This document shows positions 38,636 through 50,895 of a stretch of 64,000 nt of DNA, in pieces; within the stretch, counting starts at the first letter, position 1; every line of letters starts with the position of its first letter. Origin of the DNA: Negaprion brevirostris (lineage: Eukaryota); NCBI GenBank assembly GCA_030324005.1, contig JARDVH010000124.1, positions 26,040,970 to 26,104,969 of the forward strand, given 5' to 3'. The notes below the pieces were generated by a model. That model was not told where the DNA came from and did not search any database. It worked only from the letters and a program-made list of their open reading frames with translations. A program made the translations under genes and the position numbers.

Positions 38636-39050
38636 TGAATCTCTGCAGTGCAGAAAGAGGCCACTCAGCCCATTGAGTTTGCACTGACCACAATCCCACC
38701 CAGCCCTATCCCCATAACCCCATACATTTACCCTAGCTAGTCTAACATTAAGGGGCAATTTATCATGGCCAATCNNNNNNNNNNNNNNNNNNNNNNNNNN
38801 NNNNNNNNNNNNNNNNNNNNNNNNNNNNNNNNNNNNNNNNNNNNNNNNNNNNNNNNNNNNNNNNNNNNNNNNNNGCTAGTCTAACATTAAGGGGCAATTT
38901 ATCATGGCCAATCCAGCTAACCTGCACATCTTTGGACTGTGGGAGGAAACCCATGCAGACTCCACACAGACAGTGATCCAAGCTGGGAATTGAATCGGGT
39001 CCCTGGCAGTGTGAGGCAGCAGTGTTAACCACTGTGCCACCGTGCTGCCC
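38636..39050 (-). mobile_element. SINE family A spanning a 100-N gap
   Basis: Tail through head CCACTGTGCCACCGTGCTGCCC. Confidence 0.88.
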
Positions 39051-40480
39051 GCCAGAGAATGGACTTCTTTCGTGATTTATATATAAGTGGACTCCTTGCC
39101 TAATTTTGGACATACATGTGACTGAGATACCTTTTTAGGGGAACATGTCTGCCAATCTCATTGCAAGGAAAATCCATTAAAAGACTGATTGTGTTCCACA
39201 CTGATTCCTTGTGCCTTAAATCCACCCTTCTACCCACCTCCAGCCCAATTAACAAAAAATCTTTAAAGATTCCTCTGAAAATAGCTGACCACTGTTGACT
39301 TCTTCGCCAACAGCAAAGGTTTGAGCAACACTATAAAAGATCATCAGAACTTTGCAATGGAGCATTGCTAACTGTCAATGTTTAAAAAGTAATCGCTTTG
39401 AGCATTAGTAAGCTTACTGAAGGAGTACTGTGTGTATTTTCATTCCTCAGAATGCCCGGTCACACTCATTCACAAACACAGTCCGGATACGTATCTATCC
39501 AACATCCTAACAAACCTTTCCTTTGCCTGCCCACATTCTCCCTGCCAGTTCTTTCTGGCTCCTTGTTTCTTTTCTCCGAGACTAGCTTTGATTCGGGACT
39601 GTAGAAGAGTAAAGTTCGTATGGTCTCTGTAGGTCCAGTTAAATCCCTGTGTCCAGCTTACAGCTGCTCCATGTGTGCCTTGCCTTTGCTGCTGCTATTT
39701 CAGAGCTGCTGATGCACTTGCTTGTTTTATTACCTAATACTTTCATTGTCTTTTAAACAAAATTAGCATAAAACAGTTTTTTTAATATCTACCTCCNNNN
39801 NNNNNNCTGCCCCTCCTCCACCCCTCCCCTGTGCTGTACCTTGGCTAGAAATGGTCTTTCAAATTGCCTAATGGCACCTGCCAAAAAATGTTTTAAGTGT
39901 ACTTGCATTGTGTGGACCAGGCAAGATGTTATTTGGATCCGATGGTCATTCTGATTTTTATTTATGCTGTGATTCTGTCCAGCAGTTCCCACTAGTTTCT
40001 TAAACTTCAAAACAAGCAGTAACAATATTGCTGCATGTTTATTATTAAAAAAATAAAAAATGTGGCTAGCTTTGCTGACAATTTCACTTAAATCCCAGTC
40101 GAACTCCTTGACAGACTCAATATACAGAATAGATTACGATTTTATGATAACTTGTCTCCTTGCTAAACTTTTGGGATAGATCTGGATGTACTAGTCAATA
40201 GCTGTGGGCTTTGATATACAAAGCGGTGAGAGAATTCCTTCAGCAATCACAGCTTGTTGATTGCGTTCTGTGATGGCCATTAACGAAATGGAGCAATTTA
40301 TAATGAAAAAATATGCCCGCCGTGTTTCAGTATCTGTGGGGCTCGAAGATGTTTCGTGGCACTTTGCCTTGTTTGTCAGTGTAAAATTCTGCTAATTGGG
40401 GCTGAAGCATCTTTGGCTGCTCTCTGTGAAGTAATAGCTGGTGTAGATGAAGATTTTAAATGCATTACTTCTATCTGCAG

Positions 40481-40541
40481 AAATACTTTTCGGGTGAAGA
40501 GATCCCCAAAGCGTACCTCACTATCTGAAGCATCCTCGCAG
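40481..40541 (+). CDS. TACC2: TACC2 exon (NTFRVKRSPKRTSLSEASSQ)
   Basis: Acceptor ttctatctgcag, donor CAG|GTCAGT, 61 nt (phase 2 to phase 0). Homologous to DTFRVKKSPKRSPLSDPPSQ. Confidence 0.93.
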
Positions 40542-40988
40542 GTCAGTAAACATGGATTCAGATTTATTCCAGAACTCCTAACTACAACAGTACATTGACT
40601 TGGTAGACAAATGGAAGGTATCAGGAGGGGGGAGGGGGAGCAGGGGTGGTGGCTGAAGTTGGAGGAGGGCTTTCACTGTACCGAAGGTTAATTGGAGAAT
40701 AACAAAACAATCAGTGTATCCACACTTTTGTCTTTTATTTGGCACTGTATCAATTTTAATGATACAGTATACACCACACTTATCAGCCCAGATATCCTAG
40801 TTTTGGAAGTTCTGATATTAAAGCTTGCTATAAGCTTTTACCTAAGGAACACCTGTGTTTGGGAAATTAATGTTCGTGTTTGTAATGCTGTATTATTGTT
40901 ACTGATGGACTAACTATGCCTTCTTTCGGCTGGCAGTCCTGCCTGAGGGTTTGATTTCAGGATGAATAATGTGATGCTTATGCTTTAG

Positions 40989-41214
40989 GAATCAACGCCA
41001 CTTAATACACCTGAGACCCCACAGGTAATTGGTACGGTGGAACATGCCACTGATGAAGAGAAACTGGCATCTTCAGTGACAAACCAGAAATGGTCCTACT
41101 CTGGAATACAAAGTGAATTGGAAGAAGATAAACCTGATTATCCTCAGCCTTCAGATCTTTCCGCGTTCGTCAATGAGAATTCTGAATTTGTAAATGAGAA
41201 CTATTCTTCAGCGG
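40989..41214 (+). CDS. TACC2: TACC2 exon (ESTPLNTPETPQ...HATDEEKLA...DYPQPSDLSAFVNE...)
   Basis: Acceptor tgctttag, donor G|GTATGT, 226 nt (phase 0 to phase 1). Carries the TACC-family HATDEEKLA motif and the TACC2 YPQPSDLS motif. Confidence 0.95.
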
Positions 41215-41689
41215 GTATGTTTTAAAAGCTCTGACGTACTTTGTAACAGCTGTACAAATTTATAATTTAATTTGGCAACCAGATATTAACCAAAGAATCC
41301 CTATAGTGCAGAAGAGGCCATTGATGCAGCACCGATTCTCCAAAAGAGCATCCCGCCCAGGTCCTTCCCTTCACTCTATCTCTGTAACCCTGAGCATTTG
41401 CCATGGACCCAGTGCACCTAACCTGCACATCTGTGACTGTTAAGGGGCAATTCACCTTAGTGCTAGGTCCCTTGCTTTTTGTGGTATATATCCATGATTT
41501 GGATTTGGATATTGGGACAGTGATGAAAAATCTCGAAGAAAGCTGTTGACTGTGGGAAGATGAGGAGTGTGAGCTAAAGTGTTTAGGGATGGCTAGCGAG
41601 GCAAGGGAATGCACATTTGATTTGATTTATTATTGTTGCGTGTATTAGTACATAGTCAAATATATTGTTTCTATAAATGGTAGGTTACT

Positions 41690-43452
41690 GAGATCTGTAG
41701 GAAAGAATGATCTTGATGTGAATGTTCGCAGATTCCTGATAGTGGATAAACAGGTAGCTAAGGCGATGGAGAAGGCAGGTGGGATATTTGCTGCTATCAG
41801 CTGAAGCACAGAATGTAAAATCAAGGCTTTTGTGCCTGAACAGTATAAAACATTTGTTTATTCATAGCCTGCAGTTCTGGACACAGCCCTTTCAGAGAGT
41901 TATGATTGCAATGGAGAGGGTAAAAGGAGGTTTATGAGGATGTTGCCTGGAGTGGAGAATTTTAGTTATGAGGAAAGGTTGAATAGGCTAGAGTTATTTT
42001 GTTTGGAACAAAGAAGGCTGAGGGGAGACCTAATTGAAGCATATCAAATTATGAGGGGCCTGGATAGAATGGATTGGAAGGCCCTATTCCCTACGCTTGA
42101 GGTCACCATAACCAATGGGCATAGATTTAAGGTGAGAGATAGAAGGATTAAAAGGAATTATTTTTCTTCCAGAGGGTGGTGAGAAGTTGATATTCATTGT
42201 TGACAAGGGTGAGAGAGAGAGAAGCTCTCGTAACATTTATAAAGTACTTGAATATGCATCAGAAGTGTTGAAGCCAAGAGCTGGAAAGTGAAATTAGGAT
42301 GGATGACTATCATCAGCATGGGCATGATGAGCTGATTAACATAGAACATAGAACATAGAACATTACAGCGCAGAACAGGCCCTTCGGCCCACGATGTTGC
42401 GCCGACCAGCTNNNNNNNNNNNNNNNNNNNNNNNNNNNNNNNNNNNNNNNNNNNNNNNNNNNNNNNNNNNNNNNNNNNNNNNNNNNNNNNNNNNNNNNNN
42501 NNNNNNNNNNNCTGCAACCTGTCTAAGTCACCCTGCAAACTATGACACCCTTCCTCACAATCTACCACACCACCTACTTTGGTGTCATTGGTATGTGTTT
42601 GTATAGTAAATTTCTATGATGAATGATAGAATCCCTACAAGTGCTGAAGGAGACCATTTTGCCCGTCAAGACTGCATCAACAATAATCCCACCCAGGTCC
42701 TATCCCCGTAACCCCACATATTTACCCTGCAAATCCCCCTGGCACTAAGGGGCAATTTAGCATGGCCAATCAGCTTAACCCACGCATCTTTGGACTGTGG
42801 GAGGAAACTGGAGTACCCGGAGGAAATCCACGCAGACACAGGGAGAACATGCAAACTTCACACGGACAGCCATCCAAGTCTGGAATTGAACTGGGTCCCT
42901 GGTGCTGTGAGGCACTGTGCCACCATGCCGCCCTAATGACAGGATACAGGAAGAATGTAATTGCTCTGTAAAGAGTGCCAAGGAGGTTTACAAGAATGTT
43001 GCCAGGCCCAGAAAAGTGCAGTAAGAGAAGAGATTGGATAAATTGGGGTTATTTCACTTGGAACAAAGAACATTGAGGGACAACTTGATTGCAGCTGTAC
43101 AAATTTATGAGGGGAAGACATAGAATGGACCGGTTAAAAATGCTTCCCTTGATGGAGAATTCTAGAACTAGGGGACATAGCTTCAAAATAAGTGGCAGTA
43201 GGTGTAGAGGGGACAAGAGAAAGAACTTTTTTATGCAAAGGGTGTGTGGGTGTCTGGAATTTGCTGCCTGAGTTGATGGAGGCAGTGGTCCAAAACTCTT
43301 TCAAAATATATCTGGATCTGCAAATGTAAGCTGTAGGGCTATGGGCCAGGTGCAGGAAGGTGGGATTAGAAAGGGCACTTCCGTGTCCTCAGGTTGGCAT
43401 GAACAAGATGGGCCAAATGGCCTCCTTATGTATGCTGTAACTTTTCTATGAG
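41690..43452. mobile_element. Cluster: CR1 (+, about 41690-42335), CR1 (-, about 42340-42590), SINE A (-, about 42625-42933), CR1 (+, about 42940-43452)
   Basis: ORFs RMLPGVENFSYEERLNRLELF...RRLRGDLIEAYQIMRG and NSRTRGHSFKISG; (CATAGAA)n tail; SINE core. Confidence 0.82.
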
Positions 43453-44909
43453 TTGATTGGTGTGTGTTTGTACAGTAAATTTTTATGATAGCCATCATAC
43501 ATCAAATCTCAACAATGTTTTAAGGCTGTTGAAGTATTTTTGACATAAGAAAGAAAACAAAATTTTAGCAGTGAGTTGTCACTGAAGCATTGCTGCAGTG
43601 TTATTGGTACAAAGCTGAATAAAGTATTGGTGTGGTTATGCAGGGAGAAAAGTAAATACAATCTCGTTATCTTAATGGAAAGTTGAAATGCGGCAGGAGA
43701 CAGATTTTAACACATTTGAAACTGAGGGCAATAAACTTGGCAAGTACAAACAAATCATAAATGTAAAAGATTAGCATAGCTTTTCCGCTCAACTTAATCC
43801 TGTGCCAGTATGATTTCCAAGTTATATGTTCATTTAGAAGAAAAATACTGTTGGAAGTCAAAAATAAAATGGTGATCTGAATTTAAGTAATGAAGCGATA
43901 GAAAGGATCTACAAGGTGGGCTCGATCAGAATGGTTGAAAGTGTAGGGAGGTGATCTTATCAGCTCGTCCCACCAGTCGATTGGCATGGCAATGAAAAAT
44001 CAGGCTTGCGCCCAGTTTCTTGCCTTTCATGTTCTTTCCAGCCCCATAAAGGGTGAAAAGCTGATTTCAATACTTATTAGGCCATTTAAATCTAATTAGT
44101 GAATTCCGGATACTATCACCTGGGCTCACTTGAACATACCTGCTCGTCATTTGAGGTCTTCACCAACAAGGACCACATATGGTCCCCATTGGTGGAGACA
44201 TGACATGATAGCCTCGCCAGTGGGAACAGAGGCTGCTGAAGCCCCCAAAGTGGGCAGGGAATGGGCAGTGTCCCTTGGGCAGTGCCAAGGTGGCACTGCC
44301 AGCCGGGCCTCCTGGCNNNNNNNNNNNNNNNNNNNNNNNNNNNNNNNNNNNNNNNNNNNNNNNNNNNNNNNNNNNNNNNNNNNNNNNNNNNNNNNNNNNN
44401 NNNNNNNNNNNNNNNNNNNNNNNNNNNNNNNNNNNNNNNNNNNNNNNNNNNNNNNNNNNNNNNNNNNNNNNNNNNNNNNNNNNNNNNNNNNNNNNNNNNN
44501 NNNNNNNNNNNNNNNNNNNNNNNNNNNNNNNNNNNNNNNNNNNNNNNNNNNNNNNNNNNNNNNNNNNNNNNNNNNNNNNNNNNNNNNNNNNNNNNNNNNN
44601 NNAGGGGGGGTAGGGATCAGCCAGGGTGGCGATGAGGAGGTAAGGGCAGTGATTGACGGGCGGCGATCGGGATGGGGGGTTTGGAGTGACAGATCTCTCA
44701 GTGCACTATGTACACTTGTACGAAGTGCCCTGGGAGATCGGGGCGCCTGCACAGTGGTGATTGATCATTTGAAAATTTGCATTAGAATTTACATTAGAAA
44801 TCTTATCCAAACTACTTCCTTACTTAACAACTGTAAACCTTTAAAAAACAATTGGATTGGTTTTTAAAGGTTTTATAACAGCACAAAATAACCAGTCATA
44901 TTTAGTGCC

Positions 44910-45275
44910 TGCCATGGCTCAGTTGTGTCTGGGTCACAAGGTTCTAGGTTCAAATCCCAATTGAATATACAAATCAAAGTTAGCATTCTCACGCAGTACT
45001 GAGTGAACACGGGCTGCACTTTCGGAGGTGCTACCTTGCACTAAACCAAGGCCTTTTCTGCCTCCTCAGGTGGATAAAAACATTCCCATAACATTATTCA
45101 AAGATGAGCAGGTGAGTTATCCCCACTGACCCTACCAAAATTTATCCCCCAATCAATATCACAAAAGCAGATGATCTAGTCATTATCACATTGCTCTTTG
45201 CAGAAGTTAGCTCTCTGCATTTTGGCTGCCATGTTTCCCACAGCAGTAACTACCCTTCAAAACATACTTTACTGC
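44910..45275 (+). mobile_element. Ancient Deu-domain SINE (SacSINE1/AmnSINE-like)
   Basis: tRNA-like head (GGCTCAGTTG..GGTTCAAATCCC), then GCTGCACT.TCGGAGGTGC, CTCAGGTGGA, GAGCAGG.GAGTTATCCC, ATTTATCCC.CAA.CAATATCAC, GTCATTATCACATTGCT, TTGGCTGCC. Confidence 0.75.
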
Positions 45276-45672
45276 CAAGATTTTCTTTTTTTACCCTTTT
45301 GAATTGAACCCATGTCTGTACTTAGCATGTACGCTTTGTAAAGAACGTAATTCATAATATTTCTTATAACTGCATTATTTCTCTTTATTTCTCTTATTCA
45401 GTTTCCTGTCACAGGGTTACCTTCAAGGTGATCTTGGGCAAAATGACAAATAGATACGTGAGGTATTCTTGTAGTTTGTCAAAATACCACTGTGACTAAG
45501 TGGATGCTTGTGGGAATAAAAAGAATGTGCTACAGACACAATGATTTAGAACATGGTGCCTTCCATTAGCACGGCAATATGTAGATATCGCATGGAATCC
45601 ATTATTCAGAGTCTACTTGAGCAGCCTCCATTCTATTTTCTAAATTGGCTTTTTCAATGCCTTGCCTTACAG

Positions 45673-45734
45673 TGCTGGGATATGAACACTCTCTAGAAAT
45701 AGAGTACATGGAAAAAATTGGTTCATCATCACCT
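45673..45734 (+). CDS. TACC2: TACC2 exon (VLGYEHSLEIEYMEKIGSSSP)
   Basis: Acceptor ccttgccttacag, donor CCT|GTAAGT, 62 nt (phase 1 to phase 0). EIEYMEKIGSS matches TACC2. Confidence 0.94.
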
Positions 45735-46044
45735 GTAAGTATCAATTTCAAGTTAAACAGTTGTTGTGCAGTTGTTCCTATTCACATTTTGTTGAACTTG
45801 GCTTAGGGAAATTGCTGCACTTAGCCATTTAAATGATGAAGCTGTTTATAAAGTGCATACTAAGATCATACTGTACTTTGGAAAGTCTCTCCCTGCAGCC
45901 ATTTTTTAAGAAGATCCGAGGAGCTGAATGTCTCCATCCATTGGAGCACTCTTCCATTTTCTGCTGTAACATTGGCATTACCACTACTGGGTAAATTATT
46001 ATGCTCAATTCTGAAAGTGATATTCTGCTTTTCTTTCCTTCTAG

Positions 46045-46160
46045 CATCATGATACAAATGCAAAAAAACAATCCATGTACTTGAAGATAGATTCTCTGAA
46101 AGACAGTCCAATAAAATGTCCTCCCATCAGGCTGTCTGATTCAACCACTCCGTGTTCAGG
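46045..46160 (+). CDS. TACC2: TACC2 exon (HHDTNAKKQSMYLKIDSLKDSPIKCPPIRLSDSTTPCSG)
   Basis: Long pyrimidine tract plus ctag, donor GG|GTATGT, 116 nt (phase 0 to phase 2). Homologous to KKQALYLMFD...SPVRMSESPTPCSG. Confidence 0.93.
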
Positions 46161-46834
46161 GTATGTATTCAGAGACTTTGAGTAATCTGATATGCTTTGA
46201 CAACAAAGAGAAAACGAACATTGAGATTGATTCATTTTCTAGACGCATGGATCTTCACAATGGCTTCCTCATTTTGCTGCTTTTTTAAAATTTCTGATGG
46301 AAGTCCTAAATGACTTGTTGTTTAAAGGATTAGATGTTTAAAAATCCTGGCGGCTCTTCTTCTTAAACTGCTTTTTGTTGAAGACATCATTTGAGCAAAA
46401 TGGTTTAAGCAAATCAAAAGAACAGTGGTAATTTTCATCTGCTTATTGTCCCATTGACACTCAAAAATTCTGTGGCAGACCGATGGTTTTTAAAAATTCT
46501 TTCCTGGGACATGGGCGTGGCTGGCAAAACTGGTATTTCTTGTCCATCCCTAATCACCTCCTTGAACTGAGTGACTCGCTAGACCATTTCAGAGGGTATG
46601 TGCCCTCGACCAATCGAAGGATCTCCTGCCACTTGAACTGGCTCCCACCTCCCTCATCCTCCTGTGACCCAGATTTATCTGTTCCTCAATGGGACTGCTT
46701 CTAGTCCCTGCAGCTTCTAATGCTCCCAATTGATGCTTCTGGGACAGTGTTGTTGAGGTGGAAATTTCAAGATTTTGCCCAATAAGCGATGAAGGAACAG
46801 CTTTGTAGTTCTGAGTCAGAATAGTGCATGACTT

Positions 46835-47130
46835 AGAACCATAGAATCCCTCCAGTGCAGAAGACCATTCGGCCCATTGAGCCTACACCAACAATCCCAG
46901 GTCTTATCCCCATGTATTTACCCTGCTAGCCCCCCTGACACATACGGGCAATTTAGCATGCCAATCAACCTAACCCGCACATCTTTGGACTGTGGGAGGA
47001 AACTGGAGCACCTGCAGGAAACCCATGCAGACACTGAGAAAATGCAAACTCCACTCACACAGTGACCCGAGGCCAGAATTGAACTTGGGTCCCTGGTGCT
47101 GTGTGGCAGCCGTGCTAACCACTGTGCCGC
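46835..47130 (-). mobile_element. SINE family A
   Basis: Tail through head on the reverse strand, inserted in an older LINE. Confidence 0.88.
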
Positions 47131-47483
47131 TTGGAGGAAAACTTGCAGCTAGTGATATTCCCTTGCTGCTACTGTCATTCTAGGTAGCAGACATTGGATT
47201 TGTGAGGTGGTGTCAAAGAATTCTTGGTAAATTGGTGCAGTGCATCTTGTTGATTGTACACCCTGCTGCCACTGTGCTCCAGTGGTGGAGGGGATGAATG
47301 TTTCATGTGGTGGATGGGCTGTCAGTCAGGCAGACTGCATGGTGGTGAACTTCTTGAGTGTAGTTGGAGCTGCACTAATCCAGACAAATACTGAGTATTT
47401 AATGACTGTCCTGACGAGCCTTGTGGATAGGTTAGGAGGTGAGCCACTTGTCATCGAGCATCTGACCTACTCCTGTGGACATT

Positions 47484-47690
47484 GGCTGGTATTCTGTCAC
47501 TTTCCCACTGTGTATTTCTCGCAGCAGGAGGCAGTCCACCATTGGCTGGTGGTGGGATCCTCTGGCCCTTCTGCTGTCAATGGGATTTCCCATTTGCTGT
47601 GCACCATGCCACCTGGAAACACACGGCTGGAGTGCGCTGTCAGTGGGACCAGAAGCTTCCGCTGGCGTGAACAGCTGGAAAATTTCAGCC
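47484..47690. mobile_element. MITE with 3-bp TSD (ATT)
   Basis: ATT|GGCTGGTATT...AATTTCAGCC|ATT. Confidence 0.75.
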
Positions 47691-48703
47691 ATTGCACTTA
47701 GTTGGCCATTTCAGTTTCTGGCCAATGCTAATTCCCAGGATGTTGATAACGGAGAATTCAGTGATCATAATATCAAGTGGAGATAGTTAGGTTCTTGTTG
47801 GAGATGATGATTGCCTGACATTTGTAAGCTGTGGATGTTACTTGCTGTTTGTAAGCCCAAGTTTGAATATTGCCCAGCTCCTGCAGCATGTGAGCTTCAA
47901 TAGCTAAGGAGTTATCAATGAATTGTGTAATCATCAGTGAACATTCCCACTTCTGACCTTATAATGGAGAGAAGGTCACTGATGAAGCCGCTGAAGATGG
48001 TGGAGCCTAGAATACTACCCTAAGGAACTCCTGTAGTGATATCCTGGATCTGAGATCACCAATGACCACAACAATCTTTCTTTGTTAGACATTACTCTGA
48101 ACCCTGGAAACCTTTCCCATCCCACCCTACTCTTGCCCAATTCCCATTGAATCCAGTTTTGCTAGGACTCCTTGATGCCACTCTCAGTCAAATGCTCCTT
48201 GAAGTCAAGGACAATGACTAAGCTCACCTCTGGAATTCAACATTTGTCCATGCTTGGGCCAAAAATGGAATGAAGTCTGGAGCTAAACTCAACAATGATG
48301 AACAGGTTATTGATAATTAAGTGCTGCGTAATAGCTCTGTCACCAATACCTTCCATCACTTTCCTGATGATTAAGAGTAGATTGATGTGGTATTAATTGA
48401 CAGGATTGGATTTGTCCTGCTTTTCGCTCACAGGACAAGGCTGGGCAGCTTTTCACCTTGCTGGGTAGGTGGCAGTGTTGCGGCTGTACTTGAACAGCTT
48501 GGCTCAAGGAATGGCTAGTTCTGGAGCAGTAATCTTTAGCACTGCACACAATGGTTGGAATTTTCCNNNNNNNNNNNNNNNNNNNNNNNNNNNNNNNNNN
48601 NNNNNNNNNNNNNNNNNNNNNNNNNNNNNNNNNNNNNNNNNNNNNNNNNNNNNNNNNNNNNNNNNNCTAGGTCTGGAGCAGTAATCTTTAGCACTGCACA
48701 CAC

Positions 48704-48885
48704 GGGTTGGAATTTTCCGGCCACTCCCACTGGTGGGATCCTCGGTCCTGCCAAGGGCAAACCCCTGCTTTGCATTTTCCAGTGGTGTGGGTAACACTGG
48801 TGGGACCAGAAGATCCTGCCACCGGCCAATGTTGGGTCACCTCTGCCGCCGCGGAACACATCGCAAGGCGCTTGGAAGATCCGCC
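48704..48885. mobile_element. MITE-like element
   Basis: GGGTTGGAATTTTCC...GGAAGATCCGCC termini, with inner GGTGGGATC / GATCCTGCC. Confidence 0.65.
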
Positions 48886-49148
48886 ATTAATTGTTGGGGG
48901 TAATAGTCTTTGCTATATGCAGTATACTTGACCATTTCTTGTCATCACATGGAGTACATTGAATTGACTAAAGACTAGCTTTTCAAATGCCAAAGACTTA
49001 GAAGGAGGTCAAGTTGGATCATCCACTCAACATTTCAATGCTTCAGCATTGTCTTTTGCACTGTCACGCTGGGCTCCCTCATCATTGAGAATTCCTGGAG
49101 CCTCTGCCTACAGTTTATCGTTCAGTAGTCCACCACTGTTCGGACCTG

Positions 49149-49356
49149 GGCTGGGATTTACTGGTACCTTTTCCCAGCAGGTTTTCCAGTGGGAGAGGTG
49201 GCTTGCCATTGGCTGCTGGCAGGAACCTCCAGTCCTGCTGAAGTAAATGACTGTGTTGCTCGCTGGTCATGCCATTGGGGAATCTGTCATGGGGAGGTCA
49301 CTTTTTTGGTGGGACCAGATGATCCCATTAGTGGGGTGGGCCAGAAAATCCCGGCC
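49149..49356. mobile_element. MITE with 3-bp TSD (CTG)
   Basis: CTG|GGCTGGGATTT...AAATCCCGGCC|CTG. Confidence 0.75.
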
Positions 49357-49588
49357 CTGATGTTGCAGGACTGCAGAACTTTAATATGTTGGCTGTGGAA
49401 TCACTTGGTCCTGCTGTTTAGCTTGCATTTAGGCCTGTGTTGGAATTCTACCAGGTTAATATCTCATTAAGTTACAATGATACACACTGTCCAATACAGA
49501 TATAGATCTCATTAAAATCTGTGGCTTAAAATATATTCTGTTGCATAATTAATGATGTCTCTATAAATGAACACACATTATTTTTCAG

Positions 49589-49745
49589 ATCGAGTTTAGA
49601 TGATGCAGATGATGGTGTGCCTTCTACTGCAAATAAACTTTCTGTCACACGACCTTTGGTTCCTGGTCAAGAGGCACATTTACAGTCACCTGACAAATTG
49701 AAAGACACAGATTCCCTGAACTCATCTCCAGCCAAGTCAGACATG
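49589..49745 (+). CDS. TACC2: TACC2 exon (SSLDDADDGVPSTANKLSVTRPLVPGQEAHLQSPDK...SDM)
   Basis: Acceptor tatttttcag, donor ATG|GTGAGT, 157 nt (phase 2 to phase 0). Similar to SSFEE...RGLAPNQESHLQVPEK. Confidence 0.9.
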
Positions 49746-50063
49746 GTGAGTAATCCACTCAATACACCAAGTTATTAATGACTCAATCTTGCTCCTGATT
49801 CCAAAGTGTCTCGGTATCCCTGATAAGGGAAATACCAAAATTCAGAGTCAACATTTAATGACTAATTGAACGGTGGGTTGGCGTTTGTGTATGAGTGTAC
49901 TGGTACTGACAAGCAGGTTATAGGGCTGCATTTCATAAGAACCAGGAGTAGGAGGGGGCCGTCTGGCCCTGTGATATCATTTTTTTTGTGAATAAGCAAG
50001 GCATTAATATATTTTATTACTAACTTTGACTTTGAAAGTATATCTCAATACCGAGAAACAAAG

Positions 50064-50199
50064 GGCATGATCTTACTGGCTGTTCACTCCCCGCTGCTGC
50101 TATAAGTGAAGATGGAGAATTTGGTACTCCGCCAATTCTTTGTTCACTGCAGTGGGACCAGAAAATCCCACCGGCATGAACGGCTGGAAGATTCCGCCC
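50064..50199. mobile_element. Short MITE with 3-bp TSD (AAG)
   Basis: AAG|GGCATGATCTT...AAGATTCCGCCC|AAG. Confidence 0.68.
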
Positions 50200-50569
50200 A
50201 AGGACTTTGATCGAAATCCTCTTCTCTTGCCCCTTGCCTTCTCATCTTCATCCTTGTTGAGCTTTGGTGACCATTGAGGCTGTGCTTGTTCCAAGGCTGT
50301 GTTTGAAATATTTATTTAGTGTAAAGACTTCAAAGAGAGTGTTTTGAGATTTAGTGGAGTTTCTGGAACAGTTGTGAATTTATGTCAATTTGGATGCAGA
50401 GATGTTTGACTTTAACAATCAGTGAATTGGGTAGTAGTTACAGCAGAGAAACATATCATTCAATCCAATTGTCTGTGCTGATGTTTATGTTTTGCATAAG
50501 CTTCCTCCCAACTACTTCATCTACACCCATCACAGTAAATACATCTATGGTCTTTGCCTCAATTACATC

Positions 50570-50895
50570 ATATAGAATCATAGACAAACCATAGAAAGGT
50601 TACAGCACAGAAAGAGGCCATTTGACCCATCTTGTCCGTGCCAAAGTGAGGACACCCAGGTGCCCTTTCTAATCTCACCTTCCTGCAACCAACTCATAGC
50701 CCTGTAGCCTACTGCACTTAAGGTTCAAATCCAGGTACATTTTTAAAGAGTTTAGGGTCTCTGCTTCCACTACCAACTTGGGCAGCGAATTCCAGACACT
50801 CACCACCCTCCGCATGAAAAGGTTCTCTCTCATGTATCCTCTACACCTACTTATCTTGAATCTCTGTTCCCTGGTTCTAGAATTCTCTGGGAATG
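50570..50895 (-). mobile_element. CR1 3' end
   Basis: ENLFMRRVVSVWNSLPKLVVEAETLNSLKMYLD. Close relative of the 43090-43452 copy. Confidence 0.85.

Larger units (their letters stand above)
46740..49440 (-). mobile_element. Long degenerate CR1/L2-clade LINE carrying nested SINE and MITE insertions
   Basis: Reverse-strand RT-like segments (ORF 48340: QVQPQHCHLPSKVKSCPALSC...QSCQLIPHQSTLNHQESDGR, a frameshifted RT entry region; aggaactcctg corresponds to GVP). Confidence 0.65.

Noticed and set aside
40331-40374. Segment encoding LEDVSWHFALF, resembling the mammalian TACC2 alternative exon (VEDVMSVCSLF)
   Set aside because: AG/GT boundaries give 44 nt and a phase-0 end, incompatible with the phase-2 intron. 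Probably chance.
41025-41030. Internal CAG|GTAATT donor within exon 40989-41214
   Set aside because: Its phase-0 end would not fit the next phase-1 exon, and homology continues through it.
45402-45462. Long pyrimidine tract with several AG/GT pairs upstream of exon 45673
   Set aside because: The combinations are either not a multiple of 3 or (48 nt) contain an in-frame TGA. No homology.
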